NCBI GenBank assembly: GCA_038087875.1
Contig: CM075999.1
Span: 622,001-686,000 of the forward strand
Reading direction: 5' to 3'
DNA: 64,000 nt
Origin: Malacoraja senta
Lineage: Eukaryota
The notes under the pieces are model-generated. The model did no database searches and was not told the DNA's origin. It was given only the letters and a program-made list of their open reading frames with translations. Shown one piece after another: positions 63,401 through 64,000 of the stretch. Position 1 is the first letter of the stretch. Each line of letters begins with the position of its first letter. The position numbers and the translations under genes are program-made.

Positions 63401-64000
63401 GTGAGTCCAGAATGCTCCGGTAATGCAAAATAAATTAGTTCCTTACACATGCAGTGATTAAGAATCATTTCAATAGAACAAGTTAACATGGATTGGCCAT
63501 GTGTTCCATGGCATATACTGTTGGCATACCTTCTATCAAAAACACCACAGATAATATTTCCAAATTCTTTTGTCTCTTGAAAACATATGCGGCCAACTAT
63601 CCAGAATATTCCATAAATTATCACGTTGATACCAAAAGATGCAAAATTTCAATTCAATGCATATTCTGCCCTTAAGATTCCAGTATTTAAATTTACCTGA
63701 ACCTAAAATCTCCACATTTCCAGAAACCACTGTACCATTAGAATAAGTTAACATGTAAACGCCATATATATTCCATGACAAATGCTGCTGGCATATCTTC
63801 TGTCAAAAAACGCACACGTGATGTTTCCTAATTCGTTGGTACCTTGAAAACACATGCGGCCTACATCCCAGAATAGTCAAGAACATTACCACGTTGATAC
63901 AAAAAAATCCAAAATTGTAGTTCAATGTATTTTCTCCCCGAAAGACTCCAGTCTTTAAATTTAGTTGAACCTAAAATCTCCACCTTTCCAGAAACTACTG

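Larger units (their letters stand above)
45779..64000 (+). repeat. Tandem array of exon+intron units (~485 bp) encoding a Thr-rich mucin domain, with 1718/1719-bp higher-order repeat
   Basis: Repeated CCTTTCCAG|AAACCACTG…ACCACCG|GTGAGT. ORF-track offsets are 1719 (55936→57655) and 1718 (57655→59373). The array runs off the window. Confidence 0.97.

Noticed and set aside
54000..64000. Regularly spaced repeats read as a CRISPR array, and the many short Val-rich or Cys-rich minus-strand ORFs read as genes
   Set aside because: The units are ~485 bp with no unique spacers and the DNA is eukaryotic. The minus-strand ORFs are antisense shadows of the Thr-rich exons, and splice signals are on the + strand.
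37528..64000. Naming the gene (PTPRC/CD45, MUC19, endomucin or an adhesion GPCR)
   Set aside because: Only a signal peptide and low-complexity Thr repeats are visible. No diagnostic domain lies in the window.

Overview
Eukaryotic, repeat-dense vertebrate DNA. The mix of CR1, L2, Rex1/Babar, L1, Penelope, DIRS and V-SINE/HE1-like SINEs suggests a cartilaginous fish, probably a skate or ray (inference). 1-12.2 kb is a decayed gamma/epsilon-like endogenous retrovirus (integrase C-terminus, Env TM tail, 3' LTR). It is split by a young 5'-truncated CR1 LINE and a structurally complete DIRS1-type tyrosine-recombinase retrotransposon. 12.9-37 kb is nested TE debris, including a ~2.2 kb direct duplication with an L1 fragment exactly at its junction, GC-rich non-autonomous elements with interchangeable LINE tails, and many Penelope terminal repeats with minimal hammerhead cores. 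The host gene starts at about 37.5 kb with a signal-peptide exon (MDHKKFTLMILFWHVLIYHIISS, phase-1 donor). From 45.8 kb to the window end it continues as a satellite-like array in which each ~485 bp unit is one 159-nt phase-1/phase-1 exon (53 aa, about two-thirds Thr/Ser) plus its intron. There are 18 intact exons, acceptor-only stubs, 1.72 kb and 5.9 kb higher-order periods, and an in-frame stop plus AATAAA just behind the donors. The gene runs off the window and cannot be named. Coordinates were counted by eye and no searches were run.
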